A DNA stretch of 63,766 bases, the filler included, from Kipferlia bialata (Eukaryota): the NCBI GenBank assembly GCA_003568945.1. It is 5 parts of 5 records of this genome, joined end to end, with 100 filler letters (N's around TTAATTAATTAA, not from the genome) between each part and the next. Parts side by side here need not be neighbours in the genome. Positions count along the whole stretch, not along the records: positions 16,582 to 33,056 come from BDIP01000601.1; 4 more parts are not named here. One strand, written 5' to 3'. The position numbers and the translations under genes were made by a program. Position 1 is the stretch's first letter. Every line of letters begins with the position of its first letter. Positions 18,381-32,600 of this stretch are shown here, piece after piece. The notes beneath the pieces are model-generated. The model saw only the letters and a program-made list of their open reading frames with translations, searched no databases and was not told the DNA's origin.

Positions 18381-19486
18381 TGGGGGTGAGGGGGGGGGGG
18401 GGGGGGGGAGGGGGGGGGGGGGGGTGGGGGGGGGGGGGGGGGGGGCTAAGTTGACCCATCAAACAGGGATATATATCTGGAATAGTGAGGCAGGAAAGAG
18501 CCTGGCATATGATTAGAGTGTTTGGACTATCATCTGGATGTAGGTGGAAGGAGGTGGTTAGTGTTATCAAATGTGTCAGAAAGACCAAAACAAGCGAAAT
18601 ACAAGCCAGATCAGAAGATTATCCCTCTAATAGTATACACAAGATCCTAACTATGTTATAACCAGCCTGAACAGTACTGATCAGCTGCGATATGCTCAAG
18701 AGACATCACAGTGATATGCTAGCCGACCAAGCGCCAAGAGGCCAAAAACCGGAAAACCGGAAATTGGGGAACGTCAAAAGGGTTCAAGGGTTCCGGCCAG
18801 AGATGGTTTCTCAGAGGCTCTCTGACTATCTGTGAAAGCATGCTGGATATGTGTTACCCCTGCGCCGGCGTTGATGTATCTCAAAGTGGATCTATGGACA
18901 CTGAGCCTGTTGAAGAGGCAGAGAGTCTGGAGAGAATTGGGAAAAGAGCGATTCCTCTGTTCACTCTGGCTAAGCTGTTGATAGCCTATCAACTTGATAG
19001 GGACGTATCAACACACAGTTATGCGGCTGAGTGTGTCTCTGCCAGTTTCGGCGAGAGTCAGCAGGGAAGCGTGTAAGAGAGATACAGGAGCAGAGGAGTG
19101 AACTATTGTGACTCAGACTCTGAGTCTCAGAGAGAGAGAATTAATAGAGATTCGTGTGCCAGCATTAGACATCCAGGTAATCTCTGCGAGAGTCTGCTGC
19201 GACTGTCAACATTGAAGTATCAGTGCGTTTATAGAGGGAGTGTCCCCAGAAGAGTTCTGTAATTCAACATATGCAGGCGGAGATGTAATAGAGACATACA
19301 CTAAAGGCAAGGGCATCTCTGATAGACAAAGGCGACTATAGGAAGCAGTCTGGGACCAACACTCACAGAACCTCTGCGTCAGCTGTATCACTACGCTTGG
19401 TGTCCGCCTTATCTTCCACTGCCACTGCAACACTGGCTGTGGTTTCCTGTCTCGTAGCAGCCTTGGCACTAGACCTGTGTGAACCC

Positions 19487-22400
19487 CTATTTTTGGTCTT
19501 GACCTTCTTGGATGATGTGCTATAGGAAGTGGCCTAAAAGGTGAGCTAGTCGTGATTGTGCACAGATGGAAACAGAGGTGGTTTGTATGAGTAAAGGAGG
19601 ACAAGTAGAGTACCTGAGACAGCCTCTGACCGAGGAGGAGTATCTCGGACATCATAGTTGCTCTGTCGGTGTCACCAGGGGAGACAGGCACATATAGTGA
19701 GTCACTGTTCCTATGGAGACCTAATTTGACTGTTTGTTACCGCAGTACTATATAGTATATAGAATATATAGTATATATAGTACATATAGTATATACCTCC
19801 TTTCCGTTGTTGTCTGTGGATACCGGATAGATATCGTTGAACTTCTTACAGGTCCTCTCGACCATATTGTACTGCTCTGCCCAGAACTTCTGTCCACTAG
19901 ATGACCCAATACCATTCATCACAGGGAGTCTTGTCACAGATTGAACACTATAAATCGCGTAAGCTTGGTGTTAGTTTATGTGTAGATCCTCACAGTGTGG
20001 ACAAGTGACCTCGTTGCTGCAGGTTTCACAGGTATTGTATAGGAATCAGATACATATCAGACATCAAGAAGTACCAAGAGTGTAACTATGAACTCTTGGT
20101 TTATAGCTATATATATCCATTGATAAACAGGAAACCTATTACTTACGTACCTGACGTGGCACACAGAGTACATAGTCTGTAGACAGAGACAACGGCCTGG
20201 TTGTCAGAGACTCTGGCTCAGAGTGATGGAGAAACAACTGGGACATAAGCATACTATGGATATGCCTATTCTTACTCAGTGACAGAATTACCCATGCAGA
20301 CCACTAACGTCAACAAGAGAATGAGGGTCGCACATACCTATACTAATACACTAGATACCTGCAGGTTTGCCGGGGTGTCTGTTCTCATGCTGTTGAATCC
20401 TGGACAGTGGATGAGAGCACTGATGAACTGTCCACAAATGTCAGGAATTGCTGATATTAGAGTCAATTGGTGTAGTAGAGTCTGCCACTAGCAGACACAC
20501 AACGGTCATGATAGACTGCTGCATATAAGAGGTTTGAATACTACCATAACCCACACGAAACACTCCCGTATATATGTATAGCAGTTCAATGAAACAGGAC
20601 ACCAGTGGCAAAACACTACTTGAGCCAACGGCAGCATATTGATAGAGACAAATATTATATATATAGTGTTACCACGACAAAGATCCAACCTTGCTTCGTG
20701 GCCATGTTGAAGACAATGGTTGCTGCACCTCTAATGGCATATGGCGTCTGTGCATTGTACAGGACCTAATAATTGAGTGCAATAATTGAACCATACTAAA
20801 TATAGAGAAATACTAGACTGATTTCGCGTGTTTGGTCTGCAATGGACCAAATGGACACCCTTACAGTGAAAGATTGTGTTGTTTGTGACAGTTACCTTAG
20901 ACAACGCCCTGCAGACATCACAGTAGTATACTGGGGCAACGCTAAGGCCTGACAGTAAGTGTATGAAAACCAGAGGGCTTTCAACCCCACCCAAGAAAGA
21001 TATGCGGACACAACATACAGCGATGAAGGGACTGGGTGCTATATCTCATACATGTCATGCATATACTATACTATATATGCTCATTTATGTGTACCTGGAG
21101 ACATTGCGTGAAGGCAGGTGTCAACTAGGGTGTTGGCAAGGAGCTCTCCACTGCTATGCCAGGGAAGAAGTACAAACTGATAGTAAGCCATAGGAGTCAG
21201 CATCGATTATCCACCATGGGTCATCCACTTCCAAGCCTGGCCAAGGAAATCCACTTTGACGTGTAAGGGCATAATGTACACTTGGGCGATCTCTAAACAA
21301 ACTATAGTGTGTATGAGAGATATCCGCATCCATTTACCGAATACAATTCATTACCTGCAGTCGGTTGTTTGCATCAGCCAGAATGTCCATCGCAGGTCTC
21401 AACACAGAGAGCACCTCGTTACTGGGGCCTGGCTATTAGTTCACTTTGTATAGTGTGTCTATAGTACCGATTATATCATAGATACTGATACTGATATATA
21501 CATATATATAGTACCGAGTAAGGTCTCTACGGTAAACACACAATACATGTCCCTGTGTCACATGGTACATCCTGAACTATTTAACTAATGCAGAAATTCT
21601 TGAAACTCACCCTTTGCAGCTACCACACGTAGTACATAGGAGGCCTCTGCAAGAACCTGTGGGTAAGAATGACTAGATATCTCAGTAAAACATTGCGCTA
21701 CATATCGACACTTAACTCTATGATGTCTGACATTGAGACACGACCAAGACAGGTGGAACTCTGTTATAAGCAGCAATACTATAAGTATATAGTGTATATG
21801 ATAGTACGAGAAAACACGTTGTGCAGTAAGACTTACGGCAAGTGTGGCTTTGGTCCAAAACTTGGAACTCTTCAAACCCTCTCCCAGTGCGTCTTCCATA
21901 GTCTAGGGTCAGACATGTATACTATAGTGAACGTTGTATTACTCCGAGAGAAAGGAATATGTAATATTTCCAGTACCAGTCTCACACTAATGTACTTACC
22001 TATACTCCTCCGTTCATATCATATATGTCACGTGTACTCGATGTATACAGATAGACTCTAGAGATATACTGTATGTACCCGGTACAGTGTCCTAGTCAGG
22101 GGGCTGCTACCACCAACAAGAGTCGACACAGAGGTGAGAGAGTCTGGGGTGAGGGTATGTGTACTCTCTAGAAATGCTCTTTGTCATAGACGATATTTGT
22201 AGTACCCGAGTGACAATACAGTCTTGGAGAGTGTCACACTGTGCAAGTGTATATAGAATGCTTCAGTGTCACAACAATACCTTTCTCGATGACATACCGC
22301 AGCAGCGATAGAGTGAATGCCTTTTGGTGGTTGAAAGTCTCCTGTCTGGAGGCTGGGGTAAGTATCAGATGAAGACTTCATATATTACATGTATGTATTG

Positions 22401-25400
22401 TGTAGTAATTCTGCTCCAACTTGGGGTCCTCGAGCCTTAGACTTCATTTTGAGTGTACAAATAGATTATCACACAATAATGTATATCTCACTTGTAGAGA
22501 AAAAATATCATAGATTATCACACAATAATGTATATCTCACTTGTAGAGAATACCAACGATTCACAAGCAATACATTAGTCTATATATACTTGAAGAGACA
22601 TATGCTGACCTTTGGCGGTCAGGATGTGCTTTGGAGTGGGCAGGAGTCGTTGCAGGAGGGGCATAAAGTGTGGTCTGAGAGTGCCCTTGCTGATGGCAGG
22701 ACCTGTATTAGGGAGCTAGTGACAATCACTGGGAGATATGCTATTAGTGGTTGGGTACCAGTATCAGAGGTAACCAGTATCGAGTAGTTGAAATAGAGGA
22801 CGAACAGATCAAAAACATGGATATGTACTCACCGGAGAGTAGAAGGATCCTCGAGAAACGTAGAATCCACGCATGGTTCTGGGAGTGAGCCTTGGGGTAT
22901 CACTATTGTAGTTGAGATACTGATATATATGTATACCTCAGGGTGTGCCTTAAGTTGACGGGCAAGGGTCTTGAGAATACCGGTATCAAGGAGGAGACTA
23001 CACTTGGAGTCTGATCATCAGCAAGTACACAACAGTGAGAGACCTATGACTGTAACACATACTTTCAGGTCATAGTCTGTATACGTAGATTTAGTGTATC
23101 CGGCGAGACCAAGGAGGATTATATATATATAGGTCTTATGAGGACAAAAGAAGACATTCAGCTGAGTATGGAGTTACCTACATGTGCCATGGGGGCAAGC
23201 ATCATATATCCATGACAGGGGCTCTTGTCTGCATGTACACGTGTGATGTTCACCAGAGACTTAGCTGTCTTCAGTGAGGGACAAACCCCCGAGGCTGGTG
23301 TGAGACACTTACTAAGAGAGACAAGCTCAGTATGGTAAAGGGAATTATGTAGATAGAGAAGATCATAGTGTATAATAGTGGTGGAATTGACTGTTTGCCG
23401 TGACGGACAGACACCCGAGGCTGGTGTGAGACTCTAACTCCTGCATATATATACCTTCATTGTAGAAGAGACTACACACTGGCGTATGAACGACTGTGAC
23501 GAGAAATCATATGGTGTCGAGGATACTCTCAAAGCTGTGGAGAGACTGGGTAAAAGGCGCAGACAGAGAAGGAAAGAGTAAATGTATCATGTAAGGAATC
23601 TGAACGATTCTGCACTTACCGGCCACAATGGACCTCACAAGCTTGAAGCAGGTGCCTGCTACCAACGTAAGCTGTTGCCTTACAGCAGGAAGAGCTGGAT
23701 CCTTGGGGACACTTCCCTTGCATGCAACGGCACCTCTCTTCTCTCTCTCCTTGGTTGCCGAACCGGCTGCACTCACGAAGGCCTTGAGTTTGTGTTGGAG
23801 TGACTTCATCTCTAGAGCAAGGTCAGACTCTAGCTGGGTCTCTGGACACGTGCTTTGCTTCAGCTTGCTAGCGACTGACTCAAGACTGGCAAGCAGGCCA
23901 GCCTTCCGTGCAACTATGGGGCTACACAAGCACTCTGTCTCTGATCGCTCCACACATTCAGCCTGTGTACTCTCTGCTCCAGTGGTGATACCACAGTCAT
24001 CTAGAATACTCAGGGCGGGCTCGGGGCCGTTGACATACGCAAGCTCCACATCTACTGCCTCTAGTACTGCTCCAAGGCAGTCTACCAGGCCTGAGATGAG
24101 AGGGCAAACTGGAACAAAATGAACACAGGATAGGAATCACACCATACGTTGTAGTATAACTACTATTGTATTGTGTACCTGACTCTAGCAGGTACTGACC
24201 ACAGTGCAAAGGGTTGTCCCCTGAGGTGAGTACCATAGTGCTGTCGAATACTAATAACTTCATATTCATATGTGTATACACAATATATATACAGTATATA
24301 TATAGTATATATATTGTATGTGTGTTAATACACATATACATATAATCGAAGTACCTGAGTAGGCGTGAATGTGAGTAACACAAATGTGAGAGAAAGTTAG
24401 CAGCAGTATACATACCATGACTATCTCCTACGGCACGGCAGTGTCTCTGCACTAGCCATTCTAGAAGATCCAAGACCCTAAGGGTGTTAGACGACAGAGA
24501 ATCTGCACAGCACAGTGGTAAATTGCACGAATTATTGTATCGTACTGAAATGAATGAATACATGCGTTCTCCATACCATGTGACAACGTCCCAGTTGTGA
24601 GGTTCCTGTACCAGTGCCTTGGCAGCAATCAGACAGGTGTTGCATAGGTCACCAAGGAAGGAGGGCGATATGCCGTTGGCGCATGCTGGGGGTTAGTCAA
24701 TACTCGATGAGGAATTTTTCAGTGACAAGCGTGTTAAAAATTGTCACACACTCGTTGGCGCACGCTCAGAGTGAGTTGTACTATCAGTTGTCACACTGGT
24801 TGCATCAGTATCAGGGATACAAATACTAGGGTGTAGAGTACATACAATACATGTACACAAAACATGTACCTGCTATTCTCTTGATTGTGTGTACTGTATA
24901 TATACATACACACACATATATATATATATACATATATATACATACATACATATATACCTACTATTCTCTTGATGGGTGACAAGGCCAGACAATTGCAAGT
25001 ATGCTAATATATAGTGTGGAGCATATATATACATATATTAGTACAAAACTGTATATATATACCTATTATTCTCTTGATGGGTGACAGGGCCGGATAAGAG
25101 TATGTATGTATATATATATTATGGAGCATCTGTACACATACCTATGTCTACTATATATATATACCTACTATTCTCCTGATTACGTCTACTGTATATATAT
25201 ACCCACTATCCTCTTGATACTGAGTGTGTATAGCACCTATTATCTTAACACCTACCATTCTCTGGATTATGTCTACTATATATACATATATATACCTATT
25301 ATTCTCTTGATGGGTGGCAGGGCAGATGCTACAGTGTCGGCACAGGAGGGGCGAGCTCTGAGAACACCTATACAGAGAGAGAGGCAGTTGTTGCAGAGGG

Positions 25401-25561
25401 CTAGAGTTAGGCAGGGGAGGTCATTGTCTGACACAAGTACACAACATTACGATGAACTCACTTCAGTCAAATATGTATATATCAGAGTCAGTATCACTAG
25501 AGTAGTTATGCTTTCAGGTTTTTGCCGCTGACACAGTATCCTTACAGTACTACTTCTCCAC

Positions 25562-25602
<41 letters not shown>

Positions 25603-25750
25603 ATATATTGTATGAAGGGAATATACCTGCAGAAGCGCCACTGAGCCTAGCAACATCGTACAGCACGTCTGCACAGCACGTCTCGTTCTCTAGGCATAGA
25701 GTGAGAGACGACTCTAGAGCCCTAAAGTGAGAGATGTGTTCAAGATACAT
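19487..25750 (-). CDS. Large hypothetical multi-exon protein (Leu-rich, probably alpha-solenoid)
   Basis: Numerous GT-AG-bounded exons including ORF 23507-24049. Plausible start MYLEHISHF and end HIIQEGQDQK*. Boundaries uncertain, and this could be more than one gene. Confidence 0.45.
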
Positions 25751-25979
25751 ACCAGCTACATAGCAATAAGAGAGGGGTGGGGGGTCCCGTATTTTTAAGC
25801 GCGCAAGTAACTGTAGTATACAAAGTGTAACCGTACTGCCCTAAGTGGATAGGAGGGAATGAATATTCAGAGACACGGGTAGTGGAAAAGACGGGCATCT
25901 GATAACTGAGGCCGGGGAAGAGTGGGGCAGTGGGGGGGGGGGGGGGGGGGGGGGGGGGATGAAAGGGGGGGGGGGGAGA

Positions 25980-26029
<50 letters not shown>

Positions 26030-26101
26030 GCGGGTCTATTCATATGTATAGAGGAATGCTACTTCCTATATATATCTATCCATATTTATGGATATTTAGT
26101 A

Positions 26102-27294
26102 CCTGGGGGATGCTGCCCTACAGCTGGCAGGGGCACATGCCACCACGGTCTTCTTCTCCTTTCTCTTCTTCTTGTGCCTCTTCTGGGGGTCAGAGGCAGA
26201 GGGGTCAGAGGCAGAGGGGTCTGCAACAAACAGGACATAAGAGGAGTATACGCCCTGCAGGGAATGAAATCACCATAAGTGGCAAGTCATATACAGCAGC
26301 AACACATCAGCCACCACTGACATATATCCATACCCACATCCCTCACCTTCCTATCGAGTGCCTCCAGGTTAGACGTGATGTTGTCAGCCAGGGGTGCCAC
26401 GATGCTCTCAGGCAGGTTGTGCTTGGACACAAAGGCACCGGCCACATCCCTAGAGAGTCAGTACAGGGAGAGGGTAGGTGATAAATGTATATATATACAC
26501 TGAAGGCAGGAGGAGAGTCCAATATATCCACGCCCAGCCCCACCTAGCGTCATCCCCCTCGAATATCCGGATGGTGTCTGTGCCCCCGTTGCCAACATCG
26601 ATGGTCATCACCAGACGCTCCTTGCGGGGCTCAGGCTCCACCACCGAGGAGGAGGGGGAGTACCCAGACCCAGGGGCAGAGGCCATCAGGGAGTCGGACC
26701 CCCGGGTGGCTGTCAGGTCGTGGCGGGTGGCAGTGGCGTGCATGCTGCGCAGCTGCTCCAGCCTGTGCTGCTCCCTAGCCATCAGCAGAGACTCGGCGGT
26801 GGACGCGTGCTCCTCCTCGTAAGTCCTGTCGATGTTGTGCCTGGTCTGGGTAGACAGCATGCGGTCTGTCCGGATCTGGTCACGCTGGGCATTGAGCCTC
26901 CCAGTCTCTCTCTTCAGGAAGGCACGGTCCTCCAGAGACAGGCGCAGCTGCTCCTCGTTGGCAATGGCGTTCTGCTCACGAGCCAGCATCTCCTGCTCCA
27001 ACTCCCTAATAGACTGGAACTGGGAAGCAAGACGCTGGGCCTCAGCTCTGGAAGAGTCCTCCACCTGCTTACGCAGGGCTGCCTTCTGCTGCTCTGCATA
27101 CTCAGCATGCATCCGCGAAAGGCTCTCAGCGGCGTCTGGTCCTACCTTTGAGTACAAGGACTCATGGTGATCCCCTAGGGTCAGTGCAGCGAAAAATCCA
27201 ACTGATAAATAGGTAAACACCCACAAGAGTGCTCAGCGAGCCAAATAAATGTATTTAACCGTCCCAACATACCATCCGTCACTGTGGGGTTCAT
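26102..27294 (-). CDS. Coiled-coil protein with LVMTIDVGNG..IRIFEGDD..AFVSKHNL (PFU-like) motif; 3' end unresolved at poly-G
   Basis: Exon 1 MNPTVTDG splices in frame to a long E/Q/R-rich exon, then DVAGAFVSKHNLPESIV and KRHKKKRKEKK exons. Confidence 0.7.
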
Positions 27295-27631
27295 ACTGGC
27301 CTCAATGGAAGTCCAGAACGGCCTTGGACAGTGAATAGCAGGCTGGATTCTTGACCTGCAGAATAATGATATTGAGAAAGGGTGTAGACTGAGTCATACT
27401 CAAAAATGGACATCGAGCACCGACTCTCATTCTAATCATGCCAAGAGATACCCTCAGTGGCTATGGCACCAAATTGAGGTGGTAATTGCCCTCTATATCT
27501 ATAAAGGGACAACTTGGGTGGGTATTGGAGCTGCTCTTAGCCCGTCCTTCCTCCCAACACCGACTCGGTATCAACATCCGTCGGTGCCATCCATTGGTCT
27601 CCACAGATACTGGAATAGATTGGGCCCCGCA

Positions 27632-29324
27632 ATGGTCACTGCCACCAAAGGGGCCCCTGAGTTCAAGAGATTAGCCAAAGATGTGATGAGGGGAAGGTAC
27701 GAAGGCATATGTGTACAACTATTGTAACTAATGTCGGTACCGGTATCAAATTGGATCGGTACCGATATGGTGATTTGAGTATTCCTCATATACTCACCCC
27801 CCAGGACCCAGGTCATCCTTCTGACCTCGACGTGTCTGCTGATGGGTGTGATGGTCGGTATCTACTACCTGACCACCCAGCTCATCAAGTATGTGTTGTG
27901 GTAGTAATTATCAACTGGGTCAATACAAGTATATACCCCCTCACCCTTCAGGTGGATGTTCACATGGCCTGTGCTCCTCAACTGCCTCCTGACCTTTGCT
28001 ATCACAGTGGCACTCACCGTGTTTGTGGCATTCCCTCTGCTCACAGGTGAACCTAATATATGTATATGTGTATGTCTAGTTTTCTCCGTCTCTCACTCCA
28101 GGATTCTACATCATTGTGGTTCGATCACACACCGGGGAGAGGCCTTCCCTGTCGACGCTACTGACAGGTGAGACACCGGCCAATCTCTCTCTTTCTCTCT
28201 TCCCCTCGAATACCAGGCCTCCTTACCCTCAGGCTACCACCCGGCTGTGTACTGGAAGGCTGTGCGGCTGTATGTGCTGAAGGGGTATGTGGTCATGATG
28301 CTGATCAACTCCATCATGGCACTCATACCCACCTGCATACTGCTGCTGCGGTACTCGCTAGCACCCTTCATCATACTAGGTACTGTTATGTGATATATAC
28401 TGTGTATGTGTATTGTATGCGTACCACTCTATCCCCCCTGACCCCAGATGACCGGCACTCCGACCTGTCTGTGCGACAGGCCATGAAGAGGAGCAGCAGG
28501 ATCATGAAGGGGAACAAGAGGAAGCTGCTCAAGGTGGGACACGCTACTCACTATTAGTATCAGTATTGAGTTTTCAAGTGATATATAACACTCCACCTCA
28601 CCCCCAGGTCCTGATGTCGTTCTGGCTCTACATCGCCCTGGGCTTTGTGACGTGTGGCCTGACCCTGCTCTACGCCATACCATACATCACCGTCACCATG
28701 TTTGAGTTCTACCTCCATGTGGCTGTCAACGAGGAGACCGAGTTTGAGCCCATCGACACAGGCAAGGCCAGCGAGGAGCCACGCTCTGTGTCGCAGCCCC
28801 TCATCCCCTCCTCCTCCATGGTACGCACTGTCAGACAGAGGATGTCGACCAGGAAGAGTGTGGCGCTGCTCAGGGCGTATGTGCTGTCCCCCTTGCTCTC
28901 TGTCTCTGTCACGAGTCCCACAGACCCCTCTACCAGGGATTTGGACAGAGGGGGAGAGAGAGAGAGAGAGAGAGACATGGACAGGGTGGCAGAGGCTGCG
29001 CACAGGGCTTCGAGGGAGGCGAGGTCCGACACGCTGCTCTCCGACTGCCTCCCTGTGTCAGAGTGTCTGCCTGTCTCTGTGTCTGTGTCTGAGGCAGTGT
29101 CCGGGACAGGGTCAGTGTCAGACCCACAGACACCGGAGAGGAGGGGGTCGGGGGAGTTTGTACTGGCACCATCAGACGCGGCAACAGGGTCAACATCAGA
29201 TATGGGAGTGTGTGGTATTGGTGGAGAAGGTGGTGAGGAAGGGGCGGTCCCATCGGGGATAGACGATATGGCTGATTCCTCCATCTCTGTGACATCTGTC
29301 TCAGACAGTGTGGACAGTCTGTGA
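27632..29324 (+). CDS. DUF975-family integral membrane protein with low-complexity C-tail
   Basis: Spliced: EFKRLAKDVMRGR..GERPSLSTLLTGY..RYSLAPFIILDD..QAMKRSSRIMKGNKRKLLKVLMSF..TCGLTLLYAIPYITVTMFEFY, the pattern I recall for bacterial DUF975. Exon phases are consistent where checked. Confidence 0.82.
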
Positions 29325-29641
29325 CAAGGGGGAGAGATACTTACAGTTATATGAGTGTGTGAGGTATGGTACTGCTAGGTCATTCTGTTATCAATAGAGA
29401 AGCTGTGAAGGTGGATACGATAGATAACGACAATGCCACTCTATTGAGACTCCTATATACTTGTGTGAGTTACTTCACAGCTAATTATCATGAGTGTGTA
29501 AGGATCGATGATAACAGTGTATCAGGAACAGATAGACACATCATGATTAGATCCTATTGTCAAGGAGACATGCTAGTCTTGACGGGGTAGCTTGGTACAA
29601 ATGCCACCGATGGGAGGAAAGTGGCGGTGGATAGAGCACCA

Positions 29642-32600
29642 CTACGTGCAGTAGGATGCGGCGTGTCCTTCCAATTCTGGTACGTCATCCAGTGTCAGAC
29701 TCCGCGGGATCACCATACCACAGCGTGTCCGTAGGGTATGGGCCACGGCATCCCTGTTGGACCATGCTGCGACTCTGCCCAGATACAGACACAGTAGCAG
29801 GGGGAATGCTCAGACAGGATGATCACTTGGGTTTGATCCACGGGTTCTTGGGTCTCTCCTTCTTCTCCCTGTCGGCCTCTCTCTCTGCCTGTCTGGCTGT
29901 CTCCCCTATCCTCTCCCTCTGCCTCCGCTGTGACACCGTCTCTCTGTCACTCTGTCTGGGGGGCCTGGTGCTCACAGGGTGGGGACGCGGCTTGTCACCG
30001 TGGATGGCGAGGGGGGACGAAGGGGACTTGGGTACAGATGCACCCTCCCTCTCCCTCTCCCCCTCTCTCTCTCTCCTGGACACAGTGACCGATGGGGGTA
30101 CGGGCATGTCATTGGTGTAGGAGGTGTCGTCACTCCCGTCCACCAGGGTGTCCACTATGTCTCTGATGCCCCTCACAGCTGACTTGAACCCCCCTCCCAT
30201 AGGGGATGAGGGCCCAGACAGCTGGGAGGGGAAGGACCCCAGGTCTATGCCAGACTCAGACATCGACTCAGTATCCATCTCCCTGTCACCCAGATACACC
30301 CTCTCTGTGAACCTGGACCCAGGCACTGTACCACTGTGTCTCTTGCTGTCTGACCCATCCTCCCAGGACACTGACCTCTCCCTCTCACTGCGGCCCAGGG
30401 GGTGGGACGGGAAGGTGCGGCTGAGGTCACTACCTAGACTGCCTGACCCCCTGCCTCTGGAGGGACTGCCTAGGCTATGCCTCTCTCCTCCCCCCTCATG
30501 TCTAGCCAGTCTCTGCTCCAGTAACCGCTGCTTCAGGATGAGCTGCTCCCTCTCGTCCTTCCACGCCCTCTCCTTCTCCACCCTGCGTCGGATCTCAAGG
30601 GACGCCTCGCGCAGCTTCCCTGACAGTAAGACCGATACATCCGTGTGCTACATACCCACTGATATACACTCTACCTGCCATTCTCTGGAAGTGACTGGGG
30701 TCTGTGGGGGGCAGTCTGCTGCTGGGTAGTGCCACCCCACTGTCCTCTGCCTCTCTGTCTCTCTCCCTCTGCTTCATGACCTCCACCTGTCTGTGGGCCT
30801 GGGCAAGGTCCTGGGGTGAGGGGGGGGTCTTATACAGTATAAGGTCATGATACACACACACCATCTGCAAAGACTACTCATAGTATATCAGTGAGTATTG
30901 GGTCAACCTATACACACCCACCTGCTGCATGGCGTGCATCTCCCTGGCTGCCTCCTGCACCCTTTCGTCACAGGTGCGCTTGCACAGCTCAATCTCGTCT
31001 CGAGAGGATGTCTCCAGGGCAGACAGCTGGGTCTGCAGGCTGGGGGTGAGGGGCATACATGTATACAACAGGACGACGATGGGAATACATGCATGGGGGG
31101 CTGTCTCACCTTCCCAGTGACTTCTGCAGCTGTGTGCACCTGCTCCTCTCTGTCTCTGCCTGCTGTCTCCACTCCGCTGCCTCTCTCTCTCTCTGTGCCA
31201 CCTGGGAGTCGATATCCCCGTTTGATGCCAGGGCAGCATCCCTCTCAGCCTCGCACCGGGTCAGGTCGTCTCTGCTGGTAAGCTGTGTGCGATGTGCAAG
31301 CAGTGATTATAGTATATATTCCCACCTTGCCCTCTCCATCTCCCCCCTCATGTCTGCTATGATGGCCTTGAGGTCTGAGTAGGAGGGGCCCTTGCTCTGT
31401 CTCTCCTGCTCCCTGGCTCTCTCCTCCTCTCTCTCCTCTGCCTCCCTCTCAACCCTCTCCTTCTGCTCCCTCAGTGCCGTGAGGTCTCTCTCCAGCCTAT
31501 CAGTCTTCTCCCTCAGAGACAGACACTCACTCTTCCACTTCTTTAGGGATGCACCCTCTCTCTCTCTCTCTGCCTCTCTCTGTGCCTCTCTCTCCTTGGC
31601 CTTGGCCTCCATCTCCCTCACCCGTCTGTCACACTTGACCCTCAGCTCTAGGGTGGTCTGCTCACACTCAGCTGTCACCTAGGGGTGAGGGATGAGATAA
31701 CCTACACACAGGTGTGTAGCACGACTGAACACCATTGCCTATTCATAATGTGCCAATACAACAGAGAGGACACCAGATACACCATACCTTTTGGACCTCC
31801 CTCTCTCTCTCCACCTCCGCTTGGTCCAGTCTGTGGGAGAGCTCTCTCTCTCTTTCCCTCTGCCTGTCGATGACTGTCTCCAGCTGTGACTTGCCCTGGA
31901 GTTATATATATACACTCAAACACAAGTCATATATCGTATTGCATAGATACGATACTGCTGCGTACCGTCCTAATGCCGTTGTACTCTGCTGCCACATCCT
32001 TGGCATGCTCCTCGGCTGAAAGCTGGGCCTGGGGTCAGAGGACATAGTACATAGTACAGAGATAGGTGGGGGTCGAGTACAGACCCAGTTCATACCTGCT
32101 GTGCAAGGGATGCTGCCTCCACCGCCGCCTGGACCTGCCTCTCCATCTGGGCCACATCACTCTCCAGGGCCCTCTCTCTCTCCTGCAGTGCTGCCTCTCT
32201 CCTCCCCGATGCCTCACACCTGTCCCTGCACCCATCAAGCTGGGCAAGGAGCTCGGCCTCCCTGGCCCTGGGATGAGGGGGGGGGAGTATGATGATGTGA
32301 ATATACAAACACACGCAACTATATATATAGCACCCCCCACCTAGTCTGGTTGTCCCTCTCCTTCATATCTCTGAGTCTCGTGGCAGCCAGTCTCCTGGCA
32401 TCCTCGGCCTCAAACACCAGTCCGTTGCACTTCTCCTGCAGTAAGTGTCAGAACCAACAGACTGACTATCAGCTCCGCATAGTCTCCCTATACATGCATA
32501 CCTTGAGCAGCGCCAGCTCCCCCTCCAGCCCCACTGTTGTGCCCTGTCTGTCTGCCCTCTCCTGCTCTAGTTCAGACTCTCTCTCCTCCACTATCCGCTC

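Noticed and set aside
18745..19076. AAAACCGGAAAACCGGAAA repeat and plus-strand ORF 18840-19076
   Set aside because: No recognisable product or supported exon chain. The resemblance to the CAGGCATGG element motifs is too weak to call.
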